Shown here: positions 19,551-29,908 of the stretch, piece by piece
How the letters are laid out: each line of letters opens with the position of its first letter
How positions within the stretch are numbered: the stretch's first letter is position 1
Source of the DNA: Promethearchaeia archaeon
GTDB taxonomy: Archaea; Asgardarchaeota; Lokiarchaeia; Sigyniarchaeales; SOKP01
Direction of reading: 5' to 3'
DNA length: 64,000 nt
Assembly: GCA_029856145.1 (NCBI GenBank)
Contig: JAHQWK010000001.1
Span: 96,001 to 160,000 of the forward strand
Notes under the pieces: generated by a model
What the model was told of the DNA's origin: nothing
Databases searched by the model: none
Seen by the model: the letters and a program-made list of their open reading frames with translations, nothing else
Program-made: the position numbers and the translations under genes

Positions 19551-21602
19551 ATGATTTCCCGTGAAAATTTAATGAGATCAAAACTAAATTTTAAGAAAAA
19601 AATAATAACTGTATTGATCTTGTTCTCTTTCTCAGCTATAATTACTACTACTTTCAATTTTTCTCAAGTAGAAACTGATAAAAGTTCGGACTTTTACGAA
19701 GATACTAATTTAATTAACCTAAATTTGAAAATCTCAAAAATATCGGAAAAAATTCATATTTATGATAATTGGTCTGCTGCTAAGTTTGATGGAATATGTA
19801 CGGGGAATGGTACTTATTCCAATCCGTATATTATAGAAGATTTAGTAATCGATGGTAGTGGTTCAGGAAGTTGTATTTGGGTTGAAAATTCAGAGGTTTA
19901 CTTTATAATCGAAAATTGCACTCTCTATAATTCGGGAGGTTATTGGGATGATTCAGGAATCCGATTATCATATGTTAAAAATTCCCAAATAATTAATAAC
20001 ACATGTTTAAACAATTTCTATGGGATATTTTTATCTGGTTGTGCTAATAACACAATTACAGAAAATACCGCAAATTCTAACAGGGATGGAATATACTTGA
20101 ATGGTGGTGCTTTTAACAATGTTTCGGGAAACATCGCAAATCGCAATGATCATTTTGGGATTACTTCATATTCTAATCAATATAACACCATTTCGGAAAA
20201 TAAAGTGATTAATAATTATTATGGAATAGAATTATTTGAGAGTTATAATAACACAATTTCAAACAATTTTGTATATAGCAACGATAATACAGGGTTACGT
20301 TTACATTCAGGACGTAATAATACAATCTCTGGAAATAGTGTGATCATAAGTTATAATGGGATATATGTTTCTATTAGTAATAACAACACTATTTCAGGAA
20401 ATTCAGTAAATGACACCGTTTATGGGATACGTATGAACTTCTGTCACAATAACAATATTACGGGAAATAATATAAACGACAATCTAATTGGCCTAAATTT
20501 ATATGAGTGTGAAAATACCATTGTTTCGGGCAATCTAATGAATAAATGTGGAATTTGCATATCAGGCTCGTTAAAATCACTAAGATCCTATGATATTGAT
20601 ACTACTAATCTAGTGAATGGAAAACCGGTATATTATTATAATAATAAATTGAATTTGGGAACAAATGATTTAATTAATGCTGGGCAGGTGATATTAGTTA
20701 ATTGCAATTATTCAATAGTATCAAACTTACACATTTCTAATGCTTCTCTTGGAATTTCATTAAACTATTGTAATAATATTAGCATTTCAGGAAATGATGT
20801 AAGCTATAATAAGATTAATGCAATCGGTTTATATTATAGTTATAATAATATCGTTTCGGGAAATAACGTATGTGATAACTTGAATGGAGTGTATTTAGAT
20901 AATAGTGATTTTAACACTGTTTTGGAAAATACCGTAGTTAATAATAATTATGGGCTATATATATTTAATAGTACTGGCAATAATGTTTCGGGAAACACAG
21001 TATGTAATGACAATGTTCATGGGATACATTTAGATGGTAGTAATTCTAACTTTGTTTTGGAAAATACCGTATTTGATAATTCTTTTGGAATATACTTAAG
21101 TTTTTATAGTAACTATAATACTATTTCAGGAAATAACGCAAATAATAATTCCTGGGGGATATATTTAGAAGTTAGTGATTATAACACTGTTTTGGGAAAC
21201 ATTGCTAATAGTAATACTGAATCTGGGATTTATGTAACTTTGAGTTATCATAATACGGTTTCAGAAAACATCGCAAATAATAACAATGAATCTGGGATAT
21301 TTTTATTTAATAGCGATTATAACACTATTTCGAGAAATACAGCAAATAACAACAATGAGGGGATATATTTATATTATAGTAATTATAACAGCATTTCAGG
21401 AAATACCTTACTGGGAAATATTGAGTGCATTGTAGAAGAAGATTGCGAAGGAAACACTTTTAGAGATAATGGCTCTTGTAACTACGGTGTAGTTACTCCG
21501 GACTTCTCAATATATATTTTGTTCTCTATACTTAGCATTCTATCCGCATTCTTACTTATCCTAAGTATAATAATAAAAAAATCTAAAAGATTCAATTCTT
21601 AG
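19551..21602 (+). CDS. NosD/CASH parallel beta-helix membrane-anchored surface protein
   Basis: N-terminal hydrophobic segment, GNGTYSNPYIIEDL, many GIYL..S.NN.ISGN repeats, C-terminal TM plus basic tail. Confidence 0.88.
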   Translation: MISRENLMRSKLNFKKKIITVLILFSFSAIITTTFNFSQVETDKSSDFYEDTNLINLNLKISKISEKIHIYDNWSAAKFDGICTGNGTYSNPYIIEDLVIDGSGSGSCIWVENSEVYFIIENCTLYNSGGYWDDSGIRLSYVKNSQIINNTCLNNFYGIFLSGCANNTITENTANSNRDGIYLNGGAFNNVSGNIANRNDHFGITSYSNQYNTISENKVINNYYGIELFESYNNTISNNFVYSNDNTGLRLHSGRNNTISGNSVIISYNGIYVSISNNNTISGNSVNDTVYGIRMNFCHNNNITGNNINDNLIGLNLYECENTIVSGNLMNKCGICISGSLKSLRSYDIDTTNLVNGKPVYYYNNKLNLGTNDLINAGQVILVNCNYSIVSNLHISNASLGISLNYCNNISISGNDVSYNKINAIGLYYSYNNIVSGNNVCDNLNGVYLDNSDFNTVLENTVVNNNYGLYIFNSTGNNVSGNTVCNDNVHGIHLDGSNSNFVLENTVFDNSFGIYLSFYSNYNTISGNNANNNSWGIYLEVSDYNTVLGNIANSNTESGIYVTLSYHNTVSENIANNNNESGIFLFNSDYNTISRNTANNNNEGIYLYYSNYNSISGNTLLGNIECIVEEDCEGNTFRDNGSCNYGVVTPDFSIYILFSILSILSAFLLILSIIIKKSKRFNS

Positions 21603-21806
21603 AGATCCAAGTGAGAAACTACTAAAGGAAAAAAGAATGGAGATTTTAAAATAGTAATTATTGATTTTTTTGTATTTTTAATTCTCTCAATTTTATTATA
21701 AATCCAGAGTTTTGTAACAAATTCTAATCTTAAAATAATTTCAGTATAGACAAAACATTTAAATATCTGAATCCAATATATATTTGCAAATAACTTTATC
21801 TTCTGG

Positions 21807-23735
21807 ATGAAAATAAAATATAGAAATTCCAATTTAACTAAAATGACTAGGTTAAAATTAAATTCAATAACTTTAGGAATTCTATTCATATTCTCAATTA
21901 TAATTGGTGCTAGTTTGAATTTTAATGCAGGATCATATAATTATGGTTTTAAAAATAGCGTCGAATTTACTTTAGATAATGTAAATTTAAAGGCCTCAAA
22001 AGTATCAGGAAAAATTCATATTGATAATAATTGGACTGCTGCTGAGGCGGCTGGAATATGTACGGGGAATGGTACTTACTCCAATCCTTATGTTATAGAA
22101 GACTTGATAATTGATGGTGGTGGATTAGAAAATTGTATCTGGATTGAGAATTCCAGCGTTTACTTTAGAATTGAGAATTGTACTTTATATAATTCTGGAG
22201 ATTATAATTACGCAGGAATCCAATTATCATATGTTAATAACTCCCAATTAATTAATAACAATTGTTCCTCTAATTTTTATGGGATTTGGTTATGGAACAG
22301 TAATAATAACACGATTTTGGGGAATAACGCAAATAATAACGAAGAGCTTGGGATATATTTACTGAACTGTAATAATAACACGATTTTAAACAATATTATA
22401 AATAACAATATTTGTGGGATATATTTAACTGGTTGTAACAATACAATTTCCGGAAATATTGTGAGTAAGAATCAGGTTGGGATACATATATTTAATTCTG
22501 ATGATACAATTGTTTCAGGAAATATAATGAATAATTGTGGGTTAATTGTATCAAGTTTACCTTATACAATAGGTTCCCCTAATATTGATATTACAAACTT
22601 AGTTAATGGAAAACCATTATATTACTACTTTAATGAAGGTAATTTAGGATCGAATGATTTTACGAATGCTGGCCAAGTTATATTAGTGAAATGTAATGAT
22701 TCAATAATTTCAAACTTACAAATTTCTAACACTTCTGTTGGAATTTCATTACACTATTGTAATAATATTACCGTTTCAGGAAATGACGTAAATAATAATA
22801 AAATTTGTGCGATAGATATATACTCTGGTTATTATAACAATATTTCACGAAATAACTTAATTGACAACGGGATGGGGATATATTTAAGAGAAAGTAACGA
22901 TAACATCATCTCGGGAAACACAGCAAATAATAATACTCATGATGGGATAACTTTATATAGTAGTTGGTACAACGACCTTTCAGGAAACACTGCAAATAAT
23001 AACAAGGGAATTGGAATATTTCTATCTTTGTGTTATTATACCATGATCCGGGGAAATAATTTAAATAACAATATGAACGGGATTTGGTTAGATGCTAGTA
23101 GTTTTAACACTGTCTTGGAAAACACAGCAAATAATAACAAGGGAATTGGAATATTTCTATCTTTGTGTGTTTATAACACTATATCGAAAAACAACTTCAA
23201 TAATAATACTCATGATGGGATAGCTTTATATAGTAGTTGGGACAACGACCTTTCAGGAAACACTGCAAATATTAACAGTAAAAATGGGATTAAATTAGAT
23301 TATAGTTGGCGGAACAACCTTTCAGGTAACATTGCAAATATCAACAGTAAAAATGGGATAAAATTATACGCTAGTGATTATAACGACCTTTTAGGAAACA
23401 CTGCAAATGAAAACAACCAAACAGGGATAAAATTAATAGAAACTAATTACAATATTATTTCAGGAAATATTGCAAATGAAAACAACCAAACAGGGATAGA
23501 ACTAATAGAAAGTGATTTCAATCTTATTACGGGAAATACTTTAATAGGAAATAATATCTGTATATCAGAAGTAGATTGTGTAGGAAACTACTTTAGAGAT
23601 AATGATTGTCGTACTTCTAGCGAAGTCACTTTAGACATTTCAGGATATAGCCTTTTGTTTCTGCTTGGTATAATATCTCTTGTATTTATCACTTTTAGCA
23701 ATAAAATAAAGAAATCTTCAAGATTCAATTCTTAA
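21807..23735 (+). CDS. NosD/CASH parallel beta-helix surface protein (paralogue 2)
   Basis: Same architecture; ISGY-TM-KIKK Loki-CTERM-like tail. Confidence 0.88.
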   Translation: MKIKYRNSNLTKMTRLKLNSITLGILFIFSIIIGASLNFNAGSYNYGFKNSVEFTLDNVNLKASKVSGKIHIDNNWTAAEAAGICTGNGTYSNPYVIEDLIIDGGGLENCIWIENSSVYFRIENCTLYNSGDYNYAGIQLSYVNNSQLINNNCSSNFYGIWLWNSNNNTILGNNANNNEELGIYLLNCNNNTILNNIINNNICGIYLTGCNNTISGNIVSKNQVGIHIFNSDDTIVSGNIMNNCGLIVSSLPYTIGSPNIDITNLVNGKPLYYYFNEGNLGSNDFTNAGQVILVKCNDSIISNLQISNTSVGISLHYCNNITVSGNDVNNNKICAIDIYSGYYNNISRNNLIDNGMGIYLRESNDNIISGNTANNNTHDGITLYSSWYNDLSGNTANNNKGIGIFLSLCYYTMIRGNNLNNNMNGIWLDASSFNTVLENTANNNKGIGIFLSLCVYNTISKNNFNNNTHDGIALYSSWDNDLSGNTANINSKNGIKLDYSWRNNLSGNIANINSKNGIKLYASDYNDLLGNTANENNQTGIKLIETNYNIISGNIANENNQTGIELIESDFNLITGNTLIGNNICISEVDCVGNYFRDNDCRTSSEVTLDISGYSLLFLLGIISLVFITFSNKIKKSSRFNS

Positions 23736-23885
23736 ATATGCTTACGAAAAATTCTATAAGGATTTAAGAATCAATTCTAGATTTGTTATTTGTATATTTT
23801 AACATTTAGATCTTTTAATCAAAATATTTAAATATTTGATTATGAATATTTTTTTACATCCTCTTATATTCTCAGCATAAATGAC

Positions 23886-25661
23886 ATGAAATCAAAGGCA
23901 AAAGCAAAAATAACAATTTTAATAATTTTGGGAATTTTCTTCAACTTCTCAACTTTAATTATGACGAATCTCAAATTTAATACTGGAAATTTTAATAACG
24001 TCTTAGACTATAGTGATGATTTCAATATTGATACCAAAAATTTGAAGATCTCAAAAATCTCGGTAAAAATTCATATAATTAATAACTCAGGTTGGGTAGA
24101 TTTTAGAAATGCAGGATATTGTTCTGGTGAAGGGACTTATTCTTATCCTTACGTCATCGAAGATTTAGTAATAGATGGTGGAGGTTCGGGGAGCTGTATC
24201 ATTATTGAAAATTCCAACGTGTATTTTAGGATTGAAAATTGTAATGTGTATAATTCTGGTGATGATTATTATTATAATGGCGATGCGGGAATTAGTCTAT
24301 TCACGGTTCGTAATGGAATGATAATTGATAATAATTGTTCAAATAACTATCTTGGGATACGTTTATATGATTGTAATAATAACACCATTTCAGGAAACAT
24401 GGTTAATAACAACAGATATGGGATATATATAGTGCATAGTAATTTTTCTACCATTTCAGAAAATAACGTAAATAAAAACGGGTTTGACGCGATAGCTTTA
24501 CGTTTTAGTAATTCTAATAATATTTCAAGAAATAATGCAAGTTTCAATTATAATTGCGGGATATGTTTATATAATTGTAATAATAACACCATTTTGGGAA
24601 ATACAGCTAATGATAACGCATATGGGATATCTTTAGGTTATAGTGATTTTACCACCATTTCAGAAAATAAAGCAAACAACAACAACTATTATGGGATATA
24701 TTTATCTTTTACTTATTCTAACAATATTTCGAGAAATATAATGAATAAATGTGGTTTAAGGATAAAAGGTTCTCTTGAAGAATTAATTTCTAATGAAATC
24801 GATACTACAAATTTAGTGAATGGAAAATTTTTGTATTATTATACTAATCAAATGAATTTAGGACCAAACAATTTTACTAATGCTGGACAGGTTATATTGA
24901 TCAAGTGTAATAATTCATCAATAACAAATATAAATACATCATACAGTTCTATTGGTATTTATTTATATTGCTGTAATGACAACACGATTTCGGGAAATTA
25001 CGCAAGTTTCAATAAGGATGATGGGATACATTTAGATGGAGGTTCTAATAATATCATTTCAAATAACACCACAAATAACAACAGATATTATGGGATATTT
25101 TTAGGTGGAAGTTCTAATAATATCATTTTAAATTGCACCTCAAATAACAACAGATATTATGGGATATTTTTAATTGGAAGTGATAATTCTATCGTTTCGG
25201 GAAACACCTTTAATAGCAATATCAAAGGGATAGATTTAAGTTATGGAGATAATTGCACAATTTCGGAGAATAATGTATGTGAAAATAGTGGTAGTGGGAT
25301 ATACTTATATATAAGTAATAATAATACTATTTCGGAAAACACAGTAAATTACAACGATAATGGAATATGTTTAGAAGATGAGAGTGATAATAACACCGTT
25401 ACAATGAACACCGTAAATTACAACGATAATGGGATAATATTGAGTTCAAGTGATTACAATATAATTTCAAGAAACATTTTAAATGGAAATGATATTTGTA
25501 TTAGTGAATTTAATTCCGAAGGTAATGTTTTTGTAAATAACTATTGTTATGATCCATTTCAAGACAAAATTCTATTCTTTCTACTTGTTACTCTTTCCAT
25601 TGTATCAGTCATTATAAGTTTTACGTCAATCTTTATATATAAAAAAACGAGAAAATTTTAG
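23886..25661 (+). CDS. NosD/CASH parallel beta-helix surface protein (paralogue 3)
   Basis: Same architecture; GEGTYSYPYVIEDL, IDTTNLVNGK insert, C-terminal TM. Confidence 0.88.
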   Translation: MKSKAKAKITILIILGIFFNFSTLIMTNLKFNTGNFNNVLDYSDDFNIDTKNLKISKISVKIHIINNSGWVDFRNAGYCSGEGTYSYPYVIEDLVIDGGGSGSCIIIENSNVYFRIENCNVYNSGDDYYYNGDAGISLFTVRNGMIIDNNCSNNYLGIRLYDCNNNTISGNMVNNNRYGIYIVHSNFSTISENNVNKNGFDAIALRFSNSNNISRNNASFNYNCGICLYNCNNNTILGNTANDNAYGISLGYSDFTTISENKANNNNYYGIYLSFTYSNNISRNIMNKCGLRIKGSLEELISNEIDTTNLVNGKFLYYYTNQMNLGPNNFTNAGQVILIKCNNSSITNINTSYSSIGIYLYCCNDNTISGNYASFNKDDGIHLDGGSNNIISNNTTNNNRYYGIFLGGSSNNIILNCTSNNNRYYGIFLIGSDNSIVSGNTFNSNIKGIDLSYGDNCTISENNVCENSGSGIYLYISNNNTISENTVNYNDNGICLEDESDNNTVTMNTVNYNDNGIILSSSDYNIISRNILNGNDICISEFNSEGNVFVNNYCYDPFQDKILFFLLVTLSIVSVIISFTSIFIYKKTRKF

Positions 25662-25909
25662 TAAAATTAAATAATCTCATAAAAAGACTTTAAATGATAT
25701 TTTTTCCTTTTTAAATTTTTAAAGTTAAATAATAAGAGATAATAAAAATCCAAGAGAATAGATTTTGGTATTTTTTATTTAAATGCCTATAAAATTATAT
25801 GATTTTATATTTTTAGAATAAAATATTAAATAAAAAGAAGTGATAGTTTTGAAAATAAATGGAGAAGAGACTTTCTTTGGAGAAGATATTAGCACTCCTG
25901 AACAATTTA

Positions 25910-25966
25910 TCTTGTATTTATCACTTTTAGCAATAAAATAAAGAAATCTTCAAGATTCAATTCTTA
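25910..25966 (+). repeat. 57-bp exact copy of the 3' end of beta-helix paralogue 2 (23678-23734)
   Basis: TCTTGTATTTATCACTTTTAGCAATAAAATAAAGAAATCTTCAAGATTCAATTCTTA at both sites. Confidence 0.9.
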
Positions 25967-26128
25967 GATAAATTTTAATGAAAAATTACTAAAATAAATC
26001 AGGATACTGATTTTAACAAGTAAACGATATACATGAAAAAACTTTATATGATATTTTTTCCTTTTTAAATTACGAATTTTGATATTTTAAAAACTTAAAT
26101 GTTTTATAAAGTAAAAATTCTCAACCTA

Positions 26129-26290
26129 GCCAAGGTGGCGTAGCCTGGGAACGCACTAGAATCATCAGAATTACTGATAAAGGTGAAACTGAAGATCTAG
26201 GTATCGAGTAAAATGGGCTCTTCGTCCATTTTCGGGAAAGTTCAAAGGGATTCGCCTTGAACGGATTCCGGAATCATCTCTCCCTTGGCA
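26129..26290 (+). tRNA. tRNA-Phe(GAA) with three non-canonical introns (30/31: 26160-26187; 51/52: 26209-26238; 58/59: 26246-26275)
   Basis: Spliced product GCCAAGGTGGCGTAGCCTGGGAACGCACTAG|ACTGAAGATCTAGGTATCGAG|AGTTCAA|ATCTCTCCCTTGGCA folds as a full cloverleaf; each intron forms a hairpin with BHB-like ends. Confidence 0.85.
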
Positions 26291-26303
26291 TAATTCTTCC
26301 CAT

Positions 26304-26870
26304 TTAACTACGATAATAATCAGGATTTATTTTTCGCATATGATTCATTTTTCCTCTCAACTCATAACTTTTAAAATTTAGAAAAGTTTGATAAAATTCT
26401 AATGTAGACGGAGCTCTACCATATTTTTGGTAGTATTTTTCGCTAAAATCATACACCTTTTGATGTCTGGTATTCTCATCCGTATATAATCCCTTATCCT
26501 TTAAATGCGTAATTATATATTTTTTAAGGTCTGGTTTTTCTATTAAAAAATCCCGTAATTGAACACTTAAAACACCTTGGTAATGGATCCTTCCATTGGG
26601 ATTTAACTCTTTGAATTGATTAATATGATTAGTTAATTGTTTGTTTATTGATATTAAATCTTTTACTTTCAAATCTCCTTCTAAAATGGAGATTATTTGT
26701 TCCTTTTCCATTTTCTTTTTAGTTTCTTGCGGCTGTTTTTTTGCAATTTCATTAATCCTATTCAATCTTTTACGATTTTGTTTTAAAGTATTAAATTCTT
26801 CTACAATATTCTCAATATTTGAAAATTCATAGTTTTTGGCATAAAGTGTACCATGATGTCTATAACGCAT
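26304..26870 (-). CDS. Hypothetical protein (possible C-terminal HTH)
   Basis: 188-aa ORF directly downstream of tRNA-Phe; no recognised family. Confidence 0.5.
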   Translation of the reverse strand: MRYRHHGTLYAKNYEFSNIENIVEEFNTLKQNRKRLNRINEIAKKQPQETKKKMEKEQIISILEGDLKVKDLISINKQLTNHINQFKELNPNGRIHYQGVLSVQLRDFLIEKPDLKKYIITHLKDKGLYTDENTRHQKVYDFSEKYYQKYGRAPSTLEFYQTFLNFKSYELRGKMNHMRKINPDYYRS

Positions 26871-27053
26871 ATTTTTCCTTTCATCAACTTTTAATTTAGC
26901 TTCATTATTTGGTTTAATAATCCAAATTTAAAATTTTTTCAAGAATTAAAAGATTTAATTAGTTATACTTTAATTAAGAATGAAAACTCAGCAAGATCTC
27001 TAATAAAAGCTTTTTTAGATTTAAATGCAATTGAAATACTCGTAATTGATAAT

Positions 27054-27755
27054 TTGGATATAACTTCTAAGGTGTTAATGGATGAGGCCGTTCTACAATT
27101 AAGAGAGATATACAAAAGTGAAGATACTATTCCTTTTAATGAATTGCAAATGAATTTTGTAAAAATCACTTCAGAAATCTTAAGAAAATCTGTTGAATTG
27201 TTGAAACTTGAAGGTCGTATTAAATTAGAAGCAGAAAACTTAACTAATAAAATTAAAAATAATTATGAAACAGTAAAATATGTAATTGGATTGATCATGG
27301 GTTGTTTCGACTTGTTAGAAAATAGATTAAGTAATAAATTTAAAAATTATTTTCACCCAAAAAAAACTCCTTGGCAGCTGTATTTTCCTCCAAAAGATCG
27401 AAAAGAAATCCGACTATGGTTAAAGGATTATTTTAATCTCCCTCAATATGTTAATCAATATCATTCACTTTCATTTTTATTTGAAGAATGGATTTTTACG
27501 CATTTTCGGGAAGTAAGACATTTCAAAGCTCATAAGGAGATTGATACAGCACAAACTATATTGAAAAATAATCTTTATAAAATTGAATTTGATAACAACG
27601 AATATAAATATACGCTATACCAATTGAGAGAAATCTACAAAGATTCTTTTGGCTTTTTATTATGGATTAAACATCTAGTCGCTAAAATTTACTTTAACCA
27701 AGGAGATCAACCATTAAATGAAGATTTGAATAAATATTTACTCAAGAATTATTAA
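27054..27755 (+). CDS. Hypothetical protein, candidate HEPN-like
   Basis: Helical ORF with Rx4H motif (VRHFKAH). Confidence 0.5.
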   Translation: MDITSKVLMDEAVLQLREIYKSEDTIPFNELQMNFVKITSEILRKSVELLKLEGRIKLEAENLTNKIKNNYETVKYVIGLIMGCFDLLENRLSNKFKNYFHPKKTPWQLYFPPKDRKEIRLWLKDYFNLPQYVNQYHSLSFLFEEWIFTHFREVRHFKAHKEIDTAQTILKNNLYKIEFDNNEYKYTLYQLREIYKDSFGFLLWIKHLVAKIYFNQGDQPLNEDLNKYLLKNY

Positions 27756-27867
27756 AATGCAAGCTGGGAAGTGAAAGAGAATCCTTAGAAAGATATAAAG
27801 AATCTTTGTAGTTTTTTCAAAAAAATGATTTTATTGAAAATTAATGAAAGAAATTTGAATAAATAAA

Positions 27868-28983
27868 ATGAATGATAATTGGGAAAAGGAAGGACTTAAA
27901 TATTTGGATAAAATTTTTGGGGAAGTACTATCTTTAGAAGAATTTGAAAAGAATTTGCAAAAAAATACAAATAAAGAGTTATTGTTTTCCTTTTTTAAAA
28001 ATGTAATAAATTTTTTAGGGATGTCTTTTAAACTCAGTGAAGAACTTAAACAATATATCCAATTAGATATGCCCCCTAAAAAATATATAGAGACAATTTT
28101 AAAAGTAACTGCTCAATTTTCTAAGAAAAATCCTAAAATTGTAAAACAAATTGAAGATGTAGTTAAAAATATTGTACAAATTTTTCAATCTTTAGATTTC
28201 CATAAAGAATTACTTTCCATTTCTACGAGTAATGAGTTTGAAGATTTGATAAAAAAAAGATTTCTCGAAGAATTGGATAGAGCAGAGCAAATAAATAGAA
28301 ATTTGGTAGCAGAATCATTTAAATTAGCTCTTAAATATGTAGAACGCCAGCAACAGCCAGATAAATTATTTACATTATCGAGTTATAATAAACTCGGGAT
28401 ACAACTTGAAAACCTGAAAACCGATACAACAATGAACCTTATTGTGAGTTTTTTGGAGATGATTCTTACAAAAAAACAGGAGATATTCAAGCTTTCCGAT
28501 GATGAACTTGTGGACTATTTGAATGAATTCGTGAGCAGGTTAGGAAGAGCCATTGAACCCTATTTAAAAGCAATCATTGTTACCATTTATAATCTCCAAA
28601 AAATATGCCAAAAAGAAGATTTTGATGATTTTGAGAAAGGATTTGGGTATTACCTAAGTCCACGCAGTTCCTTACGAATCCAACATTCCAAAAAAGAAGA
28701 TTACATTGATTATCGAAATGCAATTAACCATATAAGTGGATTTGATGTATCTTTTAATCGGAAGCTAGAAGATATAACGATAAAATTTTACTTAAAACGG
28801 GAAACAAGAGGTAGACTATATTGGAGCAAGGCTGTAGAAATGGGATTAAAAGAATTTGAAAAGCTATTTAGGGATTTTCGTAAGTTTCAGAATTCATTTT
28901 TCACTTTCTATGATGTTTATATCAAATCCGTTGATAAAAACTACGAATATCAAATCTTCCCTTTCAAAGATATCTTTAATTAG
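27868..28983 (+). CDS. Hypothetical protein, candidate C-terminal HEPN domain
   Basis: GRAIEPYLK helix and YRNAINH (RNxxxH) motif. Confidence 0.55.
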   Translation: MNDNWEKEGLKYLDKIFGEVLSLEEFEKNLQKNTNKELLFSFFKNVINFLGMSFKLSEELKQYIQLDMPPKKYIETILKVTAQFSKKNPKIVKQIEDVVKNIVQIFQSLDFHKELLSISTSNEFEDLIKKRFLEELDRAEQINRNLVAESFKLALKYVERQQQPDKLFTLSSYNKLGIQLENLKTDTTMNLIVSFLEMILTKKQEIFKLSDDELVDYLNEFVSRLGRAIEPYLKAIIVTIYNLQKICQKEDFDDFEKGFGYYLSPRSSLRIQHSKKEDYIDYRNAINHISGFDVSFNRKLEDITIKFYLKRETRGRLYWSKAVEMGLKEFEKLFRDFRKFQNSFFTFYDVYIKSVDKNYEYQIFPFKDIFN

Positions 28984-29134
28984 TAATAAATAAAAAACCG
29001 AAGTTTGGAATTCTATGAATGAAAATAAGGCAAATATGCAAAAATATAGTAATGTAAAACCAGATCAGAAACAAGTTCTCTTAGAAATTGAGAGGTTTAC
29101 AAATGCTGAAATACCGGATTACCAAAATGTAACC

Positions 29135-29908
29135 TCAGAGAATTTTGGTATAGTTCTTGAAAATATTAAAACTTATATGTAGAGTTTTATTATGTTTATG
29201 AATATGTATGGAACCATCAGTATCAACTAATCCTTCAATTATTTTTTTCCTTGATATTGTAAATTTAATTGCATCTGCGTCTTTTGGTTCATATATTCCT
29301 GGTCTCTTGTTTAATGTCTTTTTCATCAGTTCATAAACATATAGAGCATATTGAGATTCTTGAGATCTATTTAATGTAACTCTGAAACGACGTCCATAGT
29401 GGGGGATACATCCGTCTCCAAGACCAATACAAATTTTTTCTGCCAAAGCTTTACTTTCTTTTAATTTCCCACTTGGATTTTCTTTGAATTCTAAATCTTT
29501 TTTATCATGTTCTTGTATATATTCCTTTAAACTTAAATTTTTAAGTTGATTTTCAAACCTATCATTCTCATCTGATTTTATTCTCTTATCTTTTAAACTA
29601 TGCACTTTTTCTTTTAAATTAACTTCCTTTTTTTTAGTATTCTCCTGTATAGAGGCTTTTTTTTCATCTTTTTCATCTTTCGGCGTGAATTTTACTTCGA
29701 ATTGTTCATCATTGCTTCTTAGTTCGTCCCCAGATTCAAATGTATCACCAAGATCTTTATCAAAGTCCAAATCTTCATCCAGGGGGTCAAATTCATTTTC
29801 TAAGTCAAGCTCATTCATGTCCTCTTTTTCATTAAATTCAGTTTCTTTATCATTCTGTTCTTCATCGAATTCTTCACTATTATATTCTCCCATAAATTCA
29901 ATCCTCAC
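29135..29908 (-). CDS. LAGLIDADG-like endonuclease remnant with acidic N-terminus
   Basis: LAEKICIGLGDGCI and IEGLVDTDGSI motifs; ends soon after motif 2, so probably truncated. Confidence 0.65.
   Translation of the reverse strand: MRIEFMGEYNSEEFDEEQNDKETEFNEKEDMNELDLENEFDPLDEDLDFDKDLGDTFESGDELRSNDEQFEVKFTPKDEKDEKKASIQENTKKKEVNLKEKVHSLKDKRIKSDENDRFENQLKNLSLKEYIQEHDKKDLEFKENPSGKLKESKALAEKICIGLGDGCIPHYGRRFRVTLNRSQESQYALYVYELMKKTLNKRPGIYEPKDADAIKFTISRKKIIEGLVDTDGSIHIHKHNKTLHISFNIFKNYTKIL

Noticed and set aside
26156-26175. Reading the 26129 tRNA as Met/Ile from the CAT in CTAGAATCATCAG
   Set aside because: CAT lies inside intron 1; only CT-GAA-GA closes the CTAGA/TCTAG stem with a 7-nt loop
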